Source of the DNA: Alphaproteobacteria bacterium
Lineage (GTDB): Bacteria > Pseudomonadota > Alphaproteobacteria > UBA7887
Assembly: GCA_965216755.1 (NCBI GenBank)
Contig: CBDCGL010000011.1
Span: 4,768,001-4,832,000 of the forward strand
DNA: 64,000 nucleotides
Direction of reading: 5' to 3'
In this document: one piece after another, positions 48,837 to 59,317 of the stretch
How positions within the stretch are numbered: position 1 is the stretch's first letter
Layout of the letters: each line of letters opens with the position of its first letter
Translations under genes and position numbers: made by a program
The notes under the pieces: model-generated
The model's database searches: none
The model's input: the letters and a program-made list of their open reading frames with translations, nothing else
Told to the model about the DNA's origin: nothing

Positions 48837-49631
48837 ATGATGTATCCGAAATCGCGTGCCGTCCGATTTGCTCTCTGTGGGGCTGTATTGCTATGGCTGG
48901 GGTGCGCATTGGATCGCCCGGCCGCGGCGCAGGCAGGGGATATTTTGGTGTTTGCGGCGGCGAGTTTGAAAAATGCACTTGACGCTGCGACAAGTACTTG
49001 GAGTTCCGATGGCGATACCAATGTACGCATCGTGTATGCGGGAAGTTCGACGCTAGCAAAGCAGATTGAGCAGGGCGCGCCGGCTGACATTTTCGTCTCC
49101 GCAAATTTGCAGTGGATGGACTATTTGGCGGCGAATGGCCTGATCGATCCGGCAACTAGATCGAACGTTGCGGCCAACCGCCTGGTTCTGATCGCCCCCC
49201 AGGAAAGCCGTACCGAAATGAAGATCGTACCAGGGTTTGATTTGGTCGGGGCGTTGGATGAGGGGCGACTGGCGATGGCCAACACTGCTGCTGTGCCCGC
49301 CGGCATATATGGGCGGAGCGCGCTCACATCGCTTGGCGTATGGGAAACTGTTAAAGGGCGCATTGCTCAAACGCCGGATGTTCGGGCCGCGCTTGCTCTG
49401 GTTTCGCGGGGGGAAGCGCCGCTGGGTATCGTTTACGAGAGCGATGCCAATGCGGACGCGAACGTCAGGACTATCGGTATCTTTCCCGAAGATTCCCACG
49501 CACCAATCATTTATCCGGTTGCTGTGGTTTCAGAGTCGAAGAGCACGCTGGCGCATTCTTTAGTGGACTATCTTCGATCAGATGGCGCTGCAGAGTTCTT
49601 TGAAGAGCAGGGCTTTTCGGTGCCACGGTAA
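48837..49631 (+). CDS. modA: Molybdate ABC transporter substrate-binding protein
   Basis: VFAAASL, AGSSTLAKQIEQGAPADIFVSA, VPAGIYG, GIVYESDA. Confidence 0.95.
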   Translation: MMYPKSRAVRFALCGAVLLWLGCALDRPAAAQAGDILVFAAASLKNALDAATSTWSSDGDTNVRIVYAGSSTLAKQIEQGAPADIFVSANLQWMDYLAANGLIDPATRSNVAANRLVLIAPQESRTEMKIVPGFDLVGALDEGRLAMANTAAVPAGIYGRSALTSLGVWETVKGRIAQTPDVRAALALVSRGEAPLGIVYESDANADANVRTIGIFPEDSHAPIIYPVAVVSESKSTLAHSLVDYLRSDGAAEFFEEQGFSVPR

Positions 49632-49744
49632 TTGATAGAGTATGCAAGTGCATTCGTCTGTTTGTAATCTGCCGGTCCCGCTATTGGGCGGCAGCTCGTC
49701 AAGCCGTTTTGTCGAGCATTTGGTAAGTTCGACCGCGGTGCCGA

Positions 49745-50449
49745 ATGACGGCTTGGCTTAGTCTTTCGCCTGAGGAATGGACGGCCGTGCGCCTGTCGGT
49801 CCGCATAGCTTTTTGGGCCACATTGTGGAGCTTGCCCTTCGGTATTCTCACGGCAACGGTTTTGGCGCGTGGACGGTTTTGGGGGAAGGCGCTGGTGGAT
49901 GGGGTGGTGCACCTGCCGCTTATTCTGCCACCCGTGGTGACGGGGTACCTGCTTTTGATTCTGTTCGGCCGCCGCGGACCAATCGGCGGGTTTCTTGACG
50001 ACCACCTCGGCATCGTCCTCGCATTTCGCTGGACAGGCGCTGCACTTGCGTGCGCCATTATGGGCTTTCCGCTGATGGTCCGCGCGATCCGCCTCTCGGT
50101 CGAGACCATCGATAGCAGGTTGGAGCAAGCCGCGGGAACTCTTGGCGCGGGTCCGATTTGGGTGTTTGTCACGATTACGCTGCCGCTGATGCTACCGGGT
50201 ATCATAGCCGGCATGATCCTCAGCTTCGCGCGCGCCATGGGTGAATTTGGTGCGACAATTACATTCGTTTCGAATATTCCGGGCGAGACACAAAGCTTAC
50301 CACTGGCAATTTACACTTTTACTCAGATACCTGGAGGCGATGCGCAAGCGTTGAGGTTGACGGTTATTGCGGTGATTGTGTCGCTGGCCGCTCTGCTGCT
50401 ATCGAGCTTGATGGCCGCGCGCGTGAGCAAACGGCTAGGCGCCCCATGA
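49745..50449 (+). CDS. modB: Molybdate ABC transporter permease
   Basis: HLPLILPPVVTGY, LEQAAGTLGA, FARAMGEFGATI.F.SNIPGET. Confidence 0.95.
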   Translation: MTAWLSLSPEEWTAVRLSVRIAFWATLWSLPFGILTATVLARGRFWGKALVDGVVHLPLILPPVVTGYLLLILFGRRGPIGGFLDDHLGIVLAFRWTGAALACAIMGFPLMVRAIRLSVETIDSRLEQAAGTLGAGPIWVFVTITLPLMLPGIIAGMILSFARAMGEFGATITFVSNIPGETQSLPLAIYTFTQIPGGDAQALRLTVIAVIVSLAALLLSSLMAARVSKRLGAP

Positions 50450-51579
50450 GTGTTACCGTCGACGTTCGCCATCGCCAGGGCAATTTCACACTAAGTACCG
50501 CATTCGCGAGCGAAGGTCGGCTGACGGTGTTGTTTGGACGTTCTGGCGCGGGCAAAACGTCACTTGTCAACATCATCGGTGGCTTGGTCCGGCCCGACCA
50601 AGGGCGTGTCATCGTCGATGGCATCACCTTGGTTGACACGGAGCAAAGGGTCTTTGTGCCACCTCGCAAGCGCAGGCTGGGGTATGTCTTCCAAGAGGGA
50701 CGGCTTTTTCCGCATCTGAACGTGCGCCACAATCTTCTGTACGGTCGGTGGTTTACGGATCGTGGCGAACGCTATGTCGATCTCGATCAAGTTGTGTCCT
50801 TGTTGGGCATCGACCGTTTGCTCGCGCGACGACCGGCGCAATTGTCCGGGGGCGAGAAACAACGCGTGGCGATTGGCAGGGCCCTGTTAGCCAATCCGCG
50901 GCTGCTGCTAATGGATGAGCCGTTGGCGTCACTTGACGAGCAGCGGAAAGCAGAGATTTTGCCATACATAGAGCGCCTACGGGATGAGACCAAAATCCCC
51001 ATTGTGTACGTTAGCCATTCAGTGCCGGAAGTCACGCGTTTAGCTACGACAATTGTAGTCCTATCAGATGGTAAGGCAATTGCAGTTGGGACGACACGCG
51101 ATGTTATGAGTCGTGTCGATCTATTCCCGACCACTGGTCGCGCCGAAGCCGGGTCTGTACTTGAAGCCCAAGTCCAAGGCCAGGATGAGGTCTTCGAGCT
51201 GACCCGTTTGCGATGTGCCGCCGGGGAATTGACTGTTCCCCGACTTGATTTGGCTGTCGGAACGCCGGTTCGAGTCCGAGTCCGTGCCCGAGATGTCATG
51301 TTGGCCCTGGACCCACCAGACCGGTTGAGCGCCTTGAACGTATTGCATGCGATCATTTCGAAGATCGGTGCAAGCCATGGCCCGATCGTTACGGTTGGCC
51401 TTGACTGTAGCGGTGAAGCGCTGACCGCGCGTTTGACTCGACGGTCCGTCGAAAAGCTCGACCTGGCGCCAGGCAAGCCAGTCTACGCCGTCATCAAGTC
51501 GATTGCGTTCGACTATCGCAGCTTAAGCAAAGCGCCGGATCTGGAACGTACCGCGGACATCGGGACGACCATGACCTGA
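50446..51579 (+). CDS. modC: Molybdate ABC transporter ATP-binding protein
   Basis: GRSGAGKT, LSGGEKQRVA, LLMDEP, C-terminal TOBE (LSALNVL...YAVIKS). Confidence 0.95.
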   Translation: MSVTVDVRHRQGNFTLSTAFASEGRLTVLFGRSGAGKTSLVNIIGGLVRPDQGRVIVDGITLVDTEQRVFVPPRKRRLGYVFQEGRLFPHLNVRHNLLYGRWFTDRGERYVDLDQVVSLLGIDRLLARRPAQLSGGEKQRVAIGRALLANPRLLLMDEPLASLDEQRKAEILPYIERLRDETKIPIVYVSHSVPEVTRLATTIVVLSDGKAIAVGTTRDVMSRVDLFPTTGRAEAGSVLEAQVQGQDEVFELTRLRCAAGELTVPRLDLAVGTPVRVRVRARDVMLALDPPDRLSALNVLHAIISKIGASHGPIVTVGLDCSGEALTARLTRRSVEKLDLAPGKPVYAVIKSIAFDYRSLSKAPDLERTADIGTTMT

Positions 51580-51687
51580 TTGTGGCGATTGCCAGGCGGG
51601 CCAGCTGAGATAGGGGTGTAGATCGAACTCTTCTTTGCGCGTGAGCGTGAAGGGGATTTCGGTGCCAAAAATGCCGAGACAGCGGAC

Positions 51688-51918
51688 CTAAGCGGACTTC
51701 CGTATCGTAGCAGTATATGTTTCGGCATCTTTTTCAAGCCTGAGCAACTCGTGCCCCGTCCGCCGACACCAAGATTCGACGTCTGGCGGAAACGCTGGGT
51801 CGCTCGCCAGCACGCGAAGTTCATCTCCCGCTTCGATATCCTGGATCTCTCGCATCAGTTGAACAATTGGAGCGGGACATTTCAGCCCAAGCAGGTCGAC
51901 ATGCTTCGTTTTTTGCAT
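51688..51918 (-). CDS. tusA: TusA-family sulfur carrier
   Basis: VDLLGLKCPAP, V.ASDPAF..DV.SWC. Confidence 0.85.
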   Translation of the reverse strand: MQKTKHVDLLGLKCPAPIVQLMREIQDIEAGDELRVLASDPAFPPDVESWCRRTGHELLRLEKDAETYTATIRKSA

Positions 51919-51940
51919 CAGAGCGGCTCGGTCGTGCGGG

Positions 51941-52528
51941 TTAAACAAATAGAGTCGTATTCGCTTCGGATGCGTGTTCCAAGAATTTGGCGACGCCACA
52001 GATCTCCATGCTCGGGAGCTCGATCAGCTCGTCAGTGGTGATCCCCATAAGGTTCATGGACATCTCACAAACTTGGAAGGCCACGCCACAATCTTTCGCC
52101 ATATCGATGAGCGTCGGCAGGTCCGAGATGTTCTTCGTTCTCATTTCGCGGCGCAACATTGCGCGTCCCATGCCAAACATGTCCAGTTGTGACAGGCGCC
52201 TGCGATGCAATCCGCCGGGGAGCATGGTGCCAAACATGCGTTCGACGAGCGATTTGCCAGCGCTTTGTGGACCGCTCTTCTTCAGGGCCGCGGTTCCCCA
52301 GAAAGTGAAGAACATGTGGACCTTCATGCCGCACGCCCCGGCACCGACGGCGATGACGAATGCGGCCAGCATTTTGTCGAGATCGCCGCTGAACACCACC
52401 ATATTGAGTGTGTCCTTGTCAGGGTTTGTGGCGACTTTGTTCTCCAAGGACGCCAAGCGCGCTTGCAGGTCCGCCAGGGAGCTGGATGTCGCGCCGCTCT
52501 CTAAAGTCGTCGTAAGTGTCACAATCAC
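51941..52528 (-). CDS. DsrE2/DrsH-like sulfurtransferase
   Basis: VVFSGDLDK..AAFVIA.GA...G..V.MFFTFWG, VCEMSMNLMG, CGVAKFL...TLFV. Confidence 0.88.
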   Translation of the reverse strand: MIVTLTTTLESGATSSSLADLQARLASLENKVATNPDKDTLNMVVFSGDLDKMLAAFVIAVGAGACGMKVHMFFTFWGTAALKKSGPQSAGKSLVERMFGTMLPGGLHRRRLSQLDMFGMGRAMLRREMRTKNISDLPTLIDMAKDCGVAFQVCEMSMNLMGITTDELIELPSMEICGVAKFLEHASEANTTLFV

Positions 52529-53262
52529 GCCTCTAATGCTTTTTGTCGGCTGAGTTTGACTCAGAAGACATATACTTCGGTGTAGGGATTAGCCCAGACG
52601 AGTCGGCTGCTTGAACAAAGATTCTGGCGAATACGAGCAATGTGGCATTGCAATTCGCGCATGCGCAAAGTCACTCGAATTCGTTGGAAATTTTTCAAAA
52701 CTTGCAACTGATATCTCATCGATGCATTTCGTATATGTATAGGGTCAATGCAATTAATGAAATCTTTCTAATAACGCCGTTCAAGACGCGCCGGTTGACT
52801 GCGGCACAGCGTGTCGCCGTCGATCAATCTTCGTTTAATCGGAGTCGTCTGAGGGAAGTCTGTTTGATCGATACGAGATAAATAGAGCCTATCAGGCGAA
52901 CGTATGTGAGCGTGACATGCAGTAGTGATGACGTTGGGGATGGCCACGTCCGATTCGTGCCGGTGCCTGTTTGAACCAAATTCAGACCCGGGTTGGCGCC
53001 AGCAGACCCAGAGCCTCACCGCATCACGAAACACACAAAATGACGAGGGGTCCAACCGCTGGCATTACGCCGAGGTTGCCGTGAGTTGGCTGGCGGCGGC
53101 CGGTTGGACCGGGCAAGTCGCGCATGAATCGATGCTAATTAATTTGTTACCAATAGATTTCAATCCCGCAACGGCAGGGGCGGTGCAAAGCTTTTCATCA
53201 CGCGCCTATCGGTGTGCCCGAGCCCGATTCTTGGATAGCTGTTCCAAGCGCGTATTGAGCGC

Positions 53263-54315
53263 CTATGGTGTCAAAACGATCCGTCCTACGACGCGGCCAT
53301 TTTTTAGATCATCGAGAGCCTGGTTGGCTTCTGACAGGTCGCGTGTCTGGATCGGCAGTGCCGGCACCTTGCCGGCCTTGACCAAGGCCATAAGCTCATG
53401 CATTTCCGCCAGCGTGCCCACATAGGACCCACGTACCGTCATTGCCTTGAGGGGGAACATTGCCAGCGAAATCGGCAGGGCATCTCCATAAAGGCCGACG
53501 ATAATATGACTGCCGCCCCGTCGCAAAACGTCGATGCCGTAGCGCGAGGTGGGCGGCATACCGACAAAGTCGATTGTAGCCAGGGCACCGCCATTGGTCA
53601 TGTCCATGGTCACTCGAACGGCGTCGCTATCACCATTGTCGATCACCGCGTCCGCGCCGCCAGACAGGGCCGCATCGCGTTTGCTGGCGTCGATATCGGC
53701 GACGATTACTTTGGCCTGCAGCACCGACTTGGCTAAATGGACCGCATTGAGACCGACGCCGCCGGCGCCGATAATGACAACCGAATCTTCGGCGCCATGC
53801 GCGGGCACCTTTTTCAACGCGCTGTATGCGGTGATCCCAGAACATGCGTACGTGCAAGCAAGTTCTTTCGCAATTCCCGTGTAGTCGATCAAGTATTTGG
53901 GGCGGGGAATGATCACGTGATCGCTATATCCGCCGTCGACCCGCGCGCCGATCGATTTCGGGGCATTGCACAAGTTGTCTAGGCCTTGTGCGCACATGTC
54001 ACATTGCCCGCAGCCGATCCACGGAAACACGATCCGCTTGTCGCCGACCGACACGCCTTCGACTTCGGGCCCGACAGCCGCAACTTCGCCGACGACCTCA
54101 TGTCCTAGCGTGAACGGCAAACCCACGCCGCGATCCGCTAGGGTTATCTTTTGGCCGTTGCCGAGATCAAAATAACCAGACCAGATATGAAGATCGCTGT
54201 GGCATACGCCGCACGCGTCTACGCGCACCAGAACCTGGGTCCCTTGCGGGTCAGGTGTCGGCAATTGTCGGGGTTCGAGCGGTTTTCCCCATTCGGTGAT
54301 TTGGTAGCTCTGCAT
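53263..54315 (-). CDS. Zinc-dependent alcohol dehydrogenase (MDR family)
   Basis: CGVCHSD, GHEVVG, CGQCDMC...C, GAGGVG. Confidence 0.92.
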   Translation of the reverse strand: MQSYQITEWGKPLEPRQLPTPDPQGTQVLVRVDACGVCHSDLHIWSGYFDLGNGQKITLADRGVGLPFTLGHEVVGEVAAVGPEVEGVSVGDKRIVFPWIGCGQCDMCAQGLDNLCNAPKSIGARVDGGYSDHVIIPRPKYLIDYTGIAKELACTYACSGITAYSALKKVPAHGAEDSVVIIGAGGVGLNAVHLAKSVLQAKVIVADIDASKRDAALSGGADAVIDNGDSDAVRVTMDMTNGGALATIDFVGMPPTSRYGIDVLRRGGSHIIVGLYGDALPISLAMFPLKAMTVRGSYVGTLAEMHELMALVKAGKVPALPIQTRDLSEANQALDDLKNGRVVGRIVLTP

Positions 54316-54569
54316 GGCGTGCCTCGTCGTTTGGCGCATGGTGTCGATCTAACTTGTACCGTATCACGGCGTCGCGAAGATGCCAGATCAAACGAGAACC
54401 TGGTTCTAAGTCCAGATACCGCGGAGCCGCAGTTCGTCGCGCTCTCGCATGATTGAATAGGCAAGCAGTTTTGTCGGGCATTCTTCAAACGCCAATGGAT
54501 TTTTGGACCTGGCCAGGTAAACTTTGGCTGGATGGCCGCCGGGCGGCGCGCAGAAAATGGAGGATCCCA

Positions 54570-55538
54570 ATGGGCATGCGCTGGATTTGCAAGGGCTCTG
54601 CGATGGCATTGGCAATTGCCGTCATGTGTGGCGCGTCCATTGGGGCGCCCGTTCGGGCCGAATCCATTCTGTTCATGAGCGGTCCCGCTGGTGGGACCTG
54701 GTTTCCGCTGGCCGGCGCCTTCAAACAGCTCTTGGAGGAGGAAATCGAGGGCCTGTCGGTTACGGTACGGCCGGGAGCCGGGTTGATAAATATCAAAGGT
54801 ATAGCTGCCGGGAAGGCGCATATTGCCTGGGGCAATGTAATCTCGACCGTCGATGCCGTCGATGGGCGGCCGCCGTTTGGTGATCCGGTGGCGGATTTGT
54901 GCAATGTTGCGGCTTTGTACCAGCAAGTCATGCAAATACCGGTGACCGACCTTGCGATTTCCACCGTCGGGGAATTGCGGGGCAAAGCCTTGGCGACGTT
55001 GCCGCGCGGCAACACGACCGAAGTCGCGGCGCAATCGGTCCTGTCCATTTTCGGGCTGAGTTATGACGACCTTGGCAAAATCAACTTTGCGTCCATCACC
55101 GATCAGGTCAACATGATGAAGGACGGCCAGATCGACAGCATGGTCCTGGTCAGTTCTGTCCCTGCCGGTGGGTTGATGGACCTATCGACCTCGCGCAAAA
55201 TGCGCCTTCTGGAAATTCCCGACGCGGAGTTGGGCAAACTTCGTGAACTCAACGCGGGTTGGACGCGGATTACAATTCCATCTGGCACCTATCGCGGTCA
55301 GGAAACCGAGATCCAAACCGTTGCATATCCGATGCACTTGATGGCCAGTTGTTCGAATGTTTCCGAGCAGCTGGGTTACGACATCACCCGTGTCATCGTG
55401 GAACGTGGCGGCGAACTGGCTGCGGTGACGAGCACCATGAGCGGCTATGGTCTGGACATGGCATCAACCGATGTTGGCTTGGCCTATCATCCGGGTGCGC
55501 GCCGCTACTTTGTCGAGCACGGTGCGATAGTCGAATAG
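54570..55538 (+). CDS. TAXI-family TRAP transporter substrate-binding protein
   Basis: SGPAGGTWFPLAG, G.GLINI, MKDGQID, IPSGTY, YHPGARRYF; RBS GGAGG. Confidence 0.9.
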   Translation: MGMRWICKGSAMALAIAVMCGASIGAPVRAESILFMSGPAGGTWFPLAGAFKQLLEEEIEGLSVTVRPGAGLINIKGIAAGKAHIAWGNVISTVDAVDGRPPFGDPVADLCNVAALYQQVMQIPVTDLAISTVGELRGKALATLPRGNTTEVAAQSVLSIFGLSYDDLGKINFASITDQVNMMKDGQIDSMVLVSSVPAGGLMDLSTSRKMRLLEIPDAELGKLRELNAGWTRITIPSGTYRGQETEIQTVAYPMHLMASCSNVSEQLGYDITRVIVERGGELAAVTSTMSGYGLDMASTDVGLAYHPGARRYFVEHGAIVE

Positions 55539-55594
55539 GACCGCGGAAATCTGCGCTGGACGAGAGCCACCGCAAAAGGGAAGCCGCAGAAAGT

Positions 55595-57466
55595 ATGGGC
55601 TCCTTTGCCATCTTGATATCGTTGCTGAGCAAGCGCGCTTCCGCGGCCATCGCCCTCGCGATGGCAGTGTACCACTTATACGTGGTTATCGTCGGCGTGC
55701 CGGAGATCATCTATTTTCGCGGCAGCCATCTGCTCTTTGCTTTGGTCCTGATTTTCTGGTGGTTTCCAACTCAGCCGAACTGGCATGGCTGGGCCAACTC
55801 ACTAACCAGCGTTGTCCCGCTCGGGTTTGCGATCGCCAGCATCGGTTATCTGTTTGTCAATCACGACTACGTTCTCGACCGTTTTGCCTACGTCGATGAG
55901 CCGACCACGGCCGATTACATTCTGGGTACCGCGCTCATAGTGGTAACGCTCGAGGCGACACGCCGTGTGATTGGCTTGGCGCTGCCGCTGACGGCCCTGT
56001 TTTTTCTGGCCTATGCGATTGTTTATGAGGCCATCGACTACAGCCAAATTATCGATCAGATGTATCTCACCACCGAAGGCATTTTCGGCATCCCGCTGAA
56101 CGTGTCGGCGACATACATGGTTTTGTTCATTCTTTTCGGCGCCTATGTCGATCGCTCCGGCACGGGTAAGCTATTTATGGACCTGGCGATGGCCTTGGCT
56201 GGCGCGGCGGCCGGCGGGCCGGCGAAAGTGGCGTGTGCGACGAGCGCCCTGTTTGGTACAATTTCCGGGTCGTCGACCGCTAATGTCATGACCACGGGCA
56301 GTTTCACGATCCCCATGATGAAGCGGATCGGCTATCGCCCGGCGTTCGCCGGTGCGGTCGAAGCTGTGGCCTCGACCGGCGGTCAAATTATGCCGCCGAT
56401 CATGGGTGCGGCCGCGTTCGTCATGGCGGAATTTCTCGCGGTGAGTTACGTCACCGTTATCTCGATCGCGGCAATTCCCGCTATTCTTTATTTCGTGGCA
56501 GTGTTTTTCGCCGTGCACTTTGAAGCAAAGCGCACTGGCCTCACGGGACTACCACGTGCGGAGCTGCCGCGTGCTTGGACTGTTTTGCGCGCGCGTGGTC
56601 ACCAGTTCATTCCTTTGCTGGTGATTGTCGGCTTTCTTGTTGCCGGTTTTAGCCCGCCTTACGCGGCTTTGTGCGGTTTGCTGTCCGTGTTCCCGGTCGC
56701 GATGCTCACGCGCGAGACTCGTCGTGGTTTGTCCGTGGGCACGGTCGTCGAAGCGACGATTCAAGGTATTCGCAACATGTTGTCTGTAGCGGCGGCATGC
56801 GCCTGTGCGGGTATCGTGATCGGTGTCATCTCGCTCACCGGGGTGGGGGTCGACTTCTCTCAGTTTGTCGTATCTTTGTCGCAGGACACGATGGTATTGG
56901 CACTGATTTTGACTGCTGTCGCCGGCATCATACTCGGTATGGGATTGCCAACGACGCCGGCCTATATCGTCCAAGTTGCATTGTTGGTGCCGGCCTTGGC
57001 GAAACTAGGCGTTCAAGTCGAAGCAGCCCATTTGTTCGTGTTTTATTTTGCAATTCTTTCAGTCATTACGCCACCCGTGGCGATTTCTCTTTACGCAGCG
57101 AATGGCCTCTCGGGTGCGGGATTGTGGGAATCCGGTATTGCCGCTGTCAAATTGGCGGCGACCGGTTACATCATACCGTTCATGTTTGTCTACGGTCCCT
57201 CGTTGATGTTGATCGGCACGGTCAGCGAAGTAATGGCCACTGTATCCACCGCACTCATCGGTGTTGTGTGCTTGGCCGCGGCGTTACATGGCTATCTTTT
57301 TGTCGTATCTCATATGTGGGAACGGATAATTTTATTTGCCGCTGCAATTGCACTCATCAAACCCGGTCTTGAAACGGATATCGCGGGGCTTGCGGCCGTC
57401 GTTTTGGTCGGCGTTGGCCAACGTATGGCCGTCGCACGCCGACAGAGGTCCCAGGTTCGTTCTTAG
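55595..57466 (+). CDS. TRAP transporter fused permease (4TM/12TM)
   Basis: TEGIFGIP, GGPAKVA, ISGSSTANV, ASTGGQIMPPIMGAAAF, LGMGLPTTPAY; start uncertain. Confidence 0.92.
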   Translation: MGSFAILISLLSKRASAAIALAMAVYHLYVVIVGVPEIIYFRGSHLLFALVLIFWWFPTQPNWHGWANSLTSVVPLGFAIASIGYLFVNHDYVLDRFAYVDEPTTADYILGTALIVVTLEATRRVIGLALPLTALFFLAYAIVYEAIDYSQIIDQMYLTTEGIFGIPLNVSATYMVLFILFGAYVDRSGTGKLFMDLAMALAGAAAGGPAKVACATSALFGTISGSSTANVMTTGSFTIPMMKRIGYRPAFAGAVEAVASTGGQIMPPIMGAAAFVMAEFLAVSYVTVISIAAIPAILYFVAVFFAVHFEAKRTGLTGLPRAELPRAWTVLRARGHQFIPLLVIVGFLVAGFSPPYAALCGLLSVFPVAMLTRETRRGLSVGTVVEATIQGIRNMLSVAAACACAGIVIGVISLTGVGVDFSQFVVSLSQDTMVLALILTAVAGIILGMGLPTTPAYIVQVALLVPALAKLGVQVEAAHLFVFYFAILSVITPPVAISLYAANGLSGAGLWESGIAAVKLAATGYIIPFMFVYGPSLMLIGTVSEVMATVSTALIGVVCLAAALHGYLFVVSHMWERIILFAAAIALIKPGLETDIAGLAAVVLVGVGQRMAVARRQRSQVRS

Positions 57467-57797
57467 GTTTGAGAGCGTTCGGGGGCGGCTAATGATAAAC
57501 GCCCGCGGTCGCGAAAGCTCGGCGTTCCACTTAACCTGCTCAAATTAAATTGCAACATAATAAATAGCGTTAAATATTCGTGCGCACGGGACGTATCGAA
57601 GGTCCGCCGTGTATTGAGACTTGCACGTGAATTGACCAAAATACGTTCGCAAGCATTCGCGCAAATATGCGGCAAATAAAAGCCAAATCTCATTAAACCC
57701 GAATAATCGATCGTGTCGGCGGATTTGCGCTTGAAACTGGAGCCACTCCGACCATTTTCACAATAATCTGGCCAGAAAGTGCAGCAATCACTGCACT

Positions 57798-57839
57798 GCG
57801 CCCCTAGGTTCTGCCCCCCAACGTGATACCTAGGGGCGC
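57798..57839. repeat. Perfect 12-bp hairpin
   Basis: GCGCCCCTAGGT...ACCTAGGGGCGC. Confidence 0.5.
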
Positions 57840-57847
57840 TCTGCGTT

Positions 57848-57954
57848 CTAGAGCATTTCACGCTCACATGCGTTCGCATGACATGCTCTATCTATCTGAT
57901 ATCGATCAATTTAACTTCGTTCAAACGACTCTGTTTGAGCGAAGGTTGATCTAA
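57848..57954. repeat. About 107-bp two-hairpin intergenic repeat (RIME/CIR/Bru-RS-like MITE)
   Basis: Starts CTAG, ends CTAA; hairpins TAGAGCAT...ATGCTCTA and TTCGTTCAAAC...GTTTGAGCGAA; partial copies at 13985 and 25778. Confidence 0.65.
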
Positions 57955-58015
57955 TGCTGGCATCGCGGTGCGTCGCCTGGTATGCAAGCGCCGCTTGTGA
58001 ATGCGAGGAAAAAAA

Positions 58016-58126
58016 ATGGCCAATCAAGACGCAAGTAAAGATAGCAGTCTGATCTGGGTGACCATGGCAACGCTCGTTTTCGGGGTCGTCGCGGTTTACC
58101 TTATATCGTTGGCGTTAGGTGGTTAG
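58016..58126 (+). CDS. Putative 36-aa single-pass membrane protein
   Basis: GAGGA RBS; MANQDASKDSSLIWVTMATLVFGVVAVYLISLALGG*; below the ORF-track cutoff. Confidence 0.5.
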   Translation: MANQDASKDSSLIWVTMATLVFGVVAVYLISLALGG

Positions 58127-58190
58127 TCAGGGCCTATGAATGGCCTGCCCGATGAGACGGCAATGTTGGGCGGCACCGACGCCGTGACGC

Positions 58191-59285
58191 CTAGCTAGAC
58201 CGATGTGCGGCCAGTATTTGGGGATCTGGGTCGATGCCGAGACCTGGTCCACGAGGCAGCGGGATCATGCCGTCGACCGGGTCCACTGCGTCGCCATAGA
58301 GGCTGGCGCCGAGGTCGACATAGAGCCGTTCAACGAGTTTCTCGCTCGCGCCAGCCGCGACGGCGTGTAACGTGGCGAGAAATCCCGGGCCGAAATACGG
58401 TGCGTGCGGGACGACCCGAACATTGGCGGTATCCGCCAGCGCAAAGATTTTGCGTAGTTCGGTGAGCCCGCCGACCTTGGTCACGCTCGGTTGCGCGATG
58501 TCGACTGCACCGGCTTCGAACATCGACGCAAATTGCCAAGATGTGCACGCGTTTTCGCCGCTGGCGATACGTGTTCCGGTTGTGGCGCGGATTTCCGCCA
58601 AGCATGCCACGTTTTCCGGAGGCCAAACCGGCTCTTCCAGCCAGTAAAGGTCGGATGGCAATAGCGCTTCGGCCATTTCAAGCGCTTCGTGCGGCGACCA
58701 GGCGCAATTGACATCCACCATCAGAGGCACGTCGTGACCGGCGGCGTCCCGTGCCGCTTCCACCGGCGCGACTGTTGTTTCGTGGAGTTTAACGTAGCGA
58801 TAGCCTCTATCGCAGGCCTCACCGGTCAGGCGGGAAACCAGATCCGGATCACCATAACGCAGTAGGCTGGCATAGGCTGGAATGGCCTCGCAACGTGCGC
58901 CGCCCAGCAAGCGATGCACAGGTTGGCCCGCCACTTTGCCTGCAATGTCCCATAGCGCAATGTCGAGCCCGCTGAGTGCAAAGATCGTAATGCCATAGCG
59001 GCCGAAAATGTGCAGCTTTAGTTGGAGCTCATCCATCAGTTCGCCGATGGCCAACGGATCGCGGCCAATCACCAATGGTGCGACCATGGCATCGATGGCG
59101 GCCCGAGTCGCCGGGATCGCGTTATAGCCAAACGCCTCGCCATAGCCGGTCACGCCCGCATCCGTTTCGACACGAACTAGGAGATACTCCAAGTTCGTCC
59201 AATCCTTACCGCCAAAACCTGTTGGCGGGCCGCCATGACTGAAGGGCAGGGTGACCGGTATCGTCTCGACTTTGGTGATCTTCAT
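58191..59285 (-). CDS. Mandelate racemase/muconate lactonizing enzyme family protein
   Basis: VRVETDAGVTGYGE, SGLDIALWDIAGK, KLH, MVDVN, WLEEP, SGEN, QPSVTKVGG, PH, PGLG. Confidence 0.92.
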   Translation of the reverse strand: MKITKVETIPVTLPFSHGGPPTGFGGKDWTNLEYLLVRVETDAGVTGYGEAFGYNAIPATRAAIDAMVAPLVIGRDPLAIGELMDELQLKLHIFGRYGITIFALSGLDIALWDIAGKVAGQPVHRLLGGARCEAIPAYASLLRYGDPDLVSRLTGEACDRGYRYVKLHETTVAPVEAARDAAGHDVPLMVDVNCAWSPHEALEMAEALLPSDLYWLEEPVWPPENVACLAEIRATTGTRIASGENACTSWQFASMFEAGAVDIAQPSVTKVGGLTELRKIFALADTANVRVVPHAPYFGPGFLATLHAVAAGASEKLVERLYVDLGASLYGDAVDPVDGMIPLPRGPGLGIDPDPQILAAHRSS

Positions 59286-59317
59286 CTAAGTTCCCCGTCA
59301 ATTCCGCACGGAGGGCT

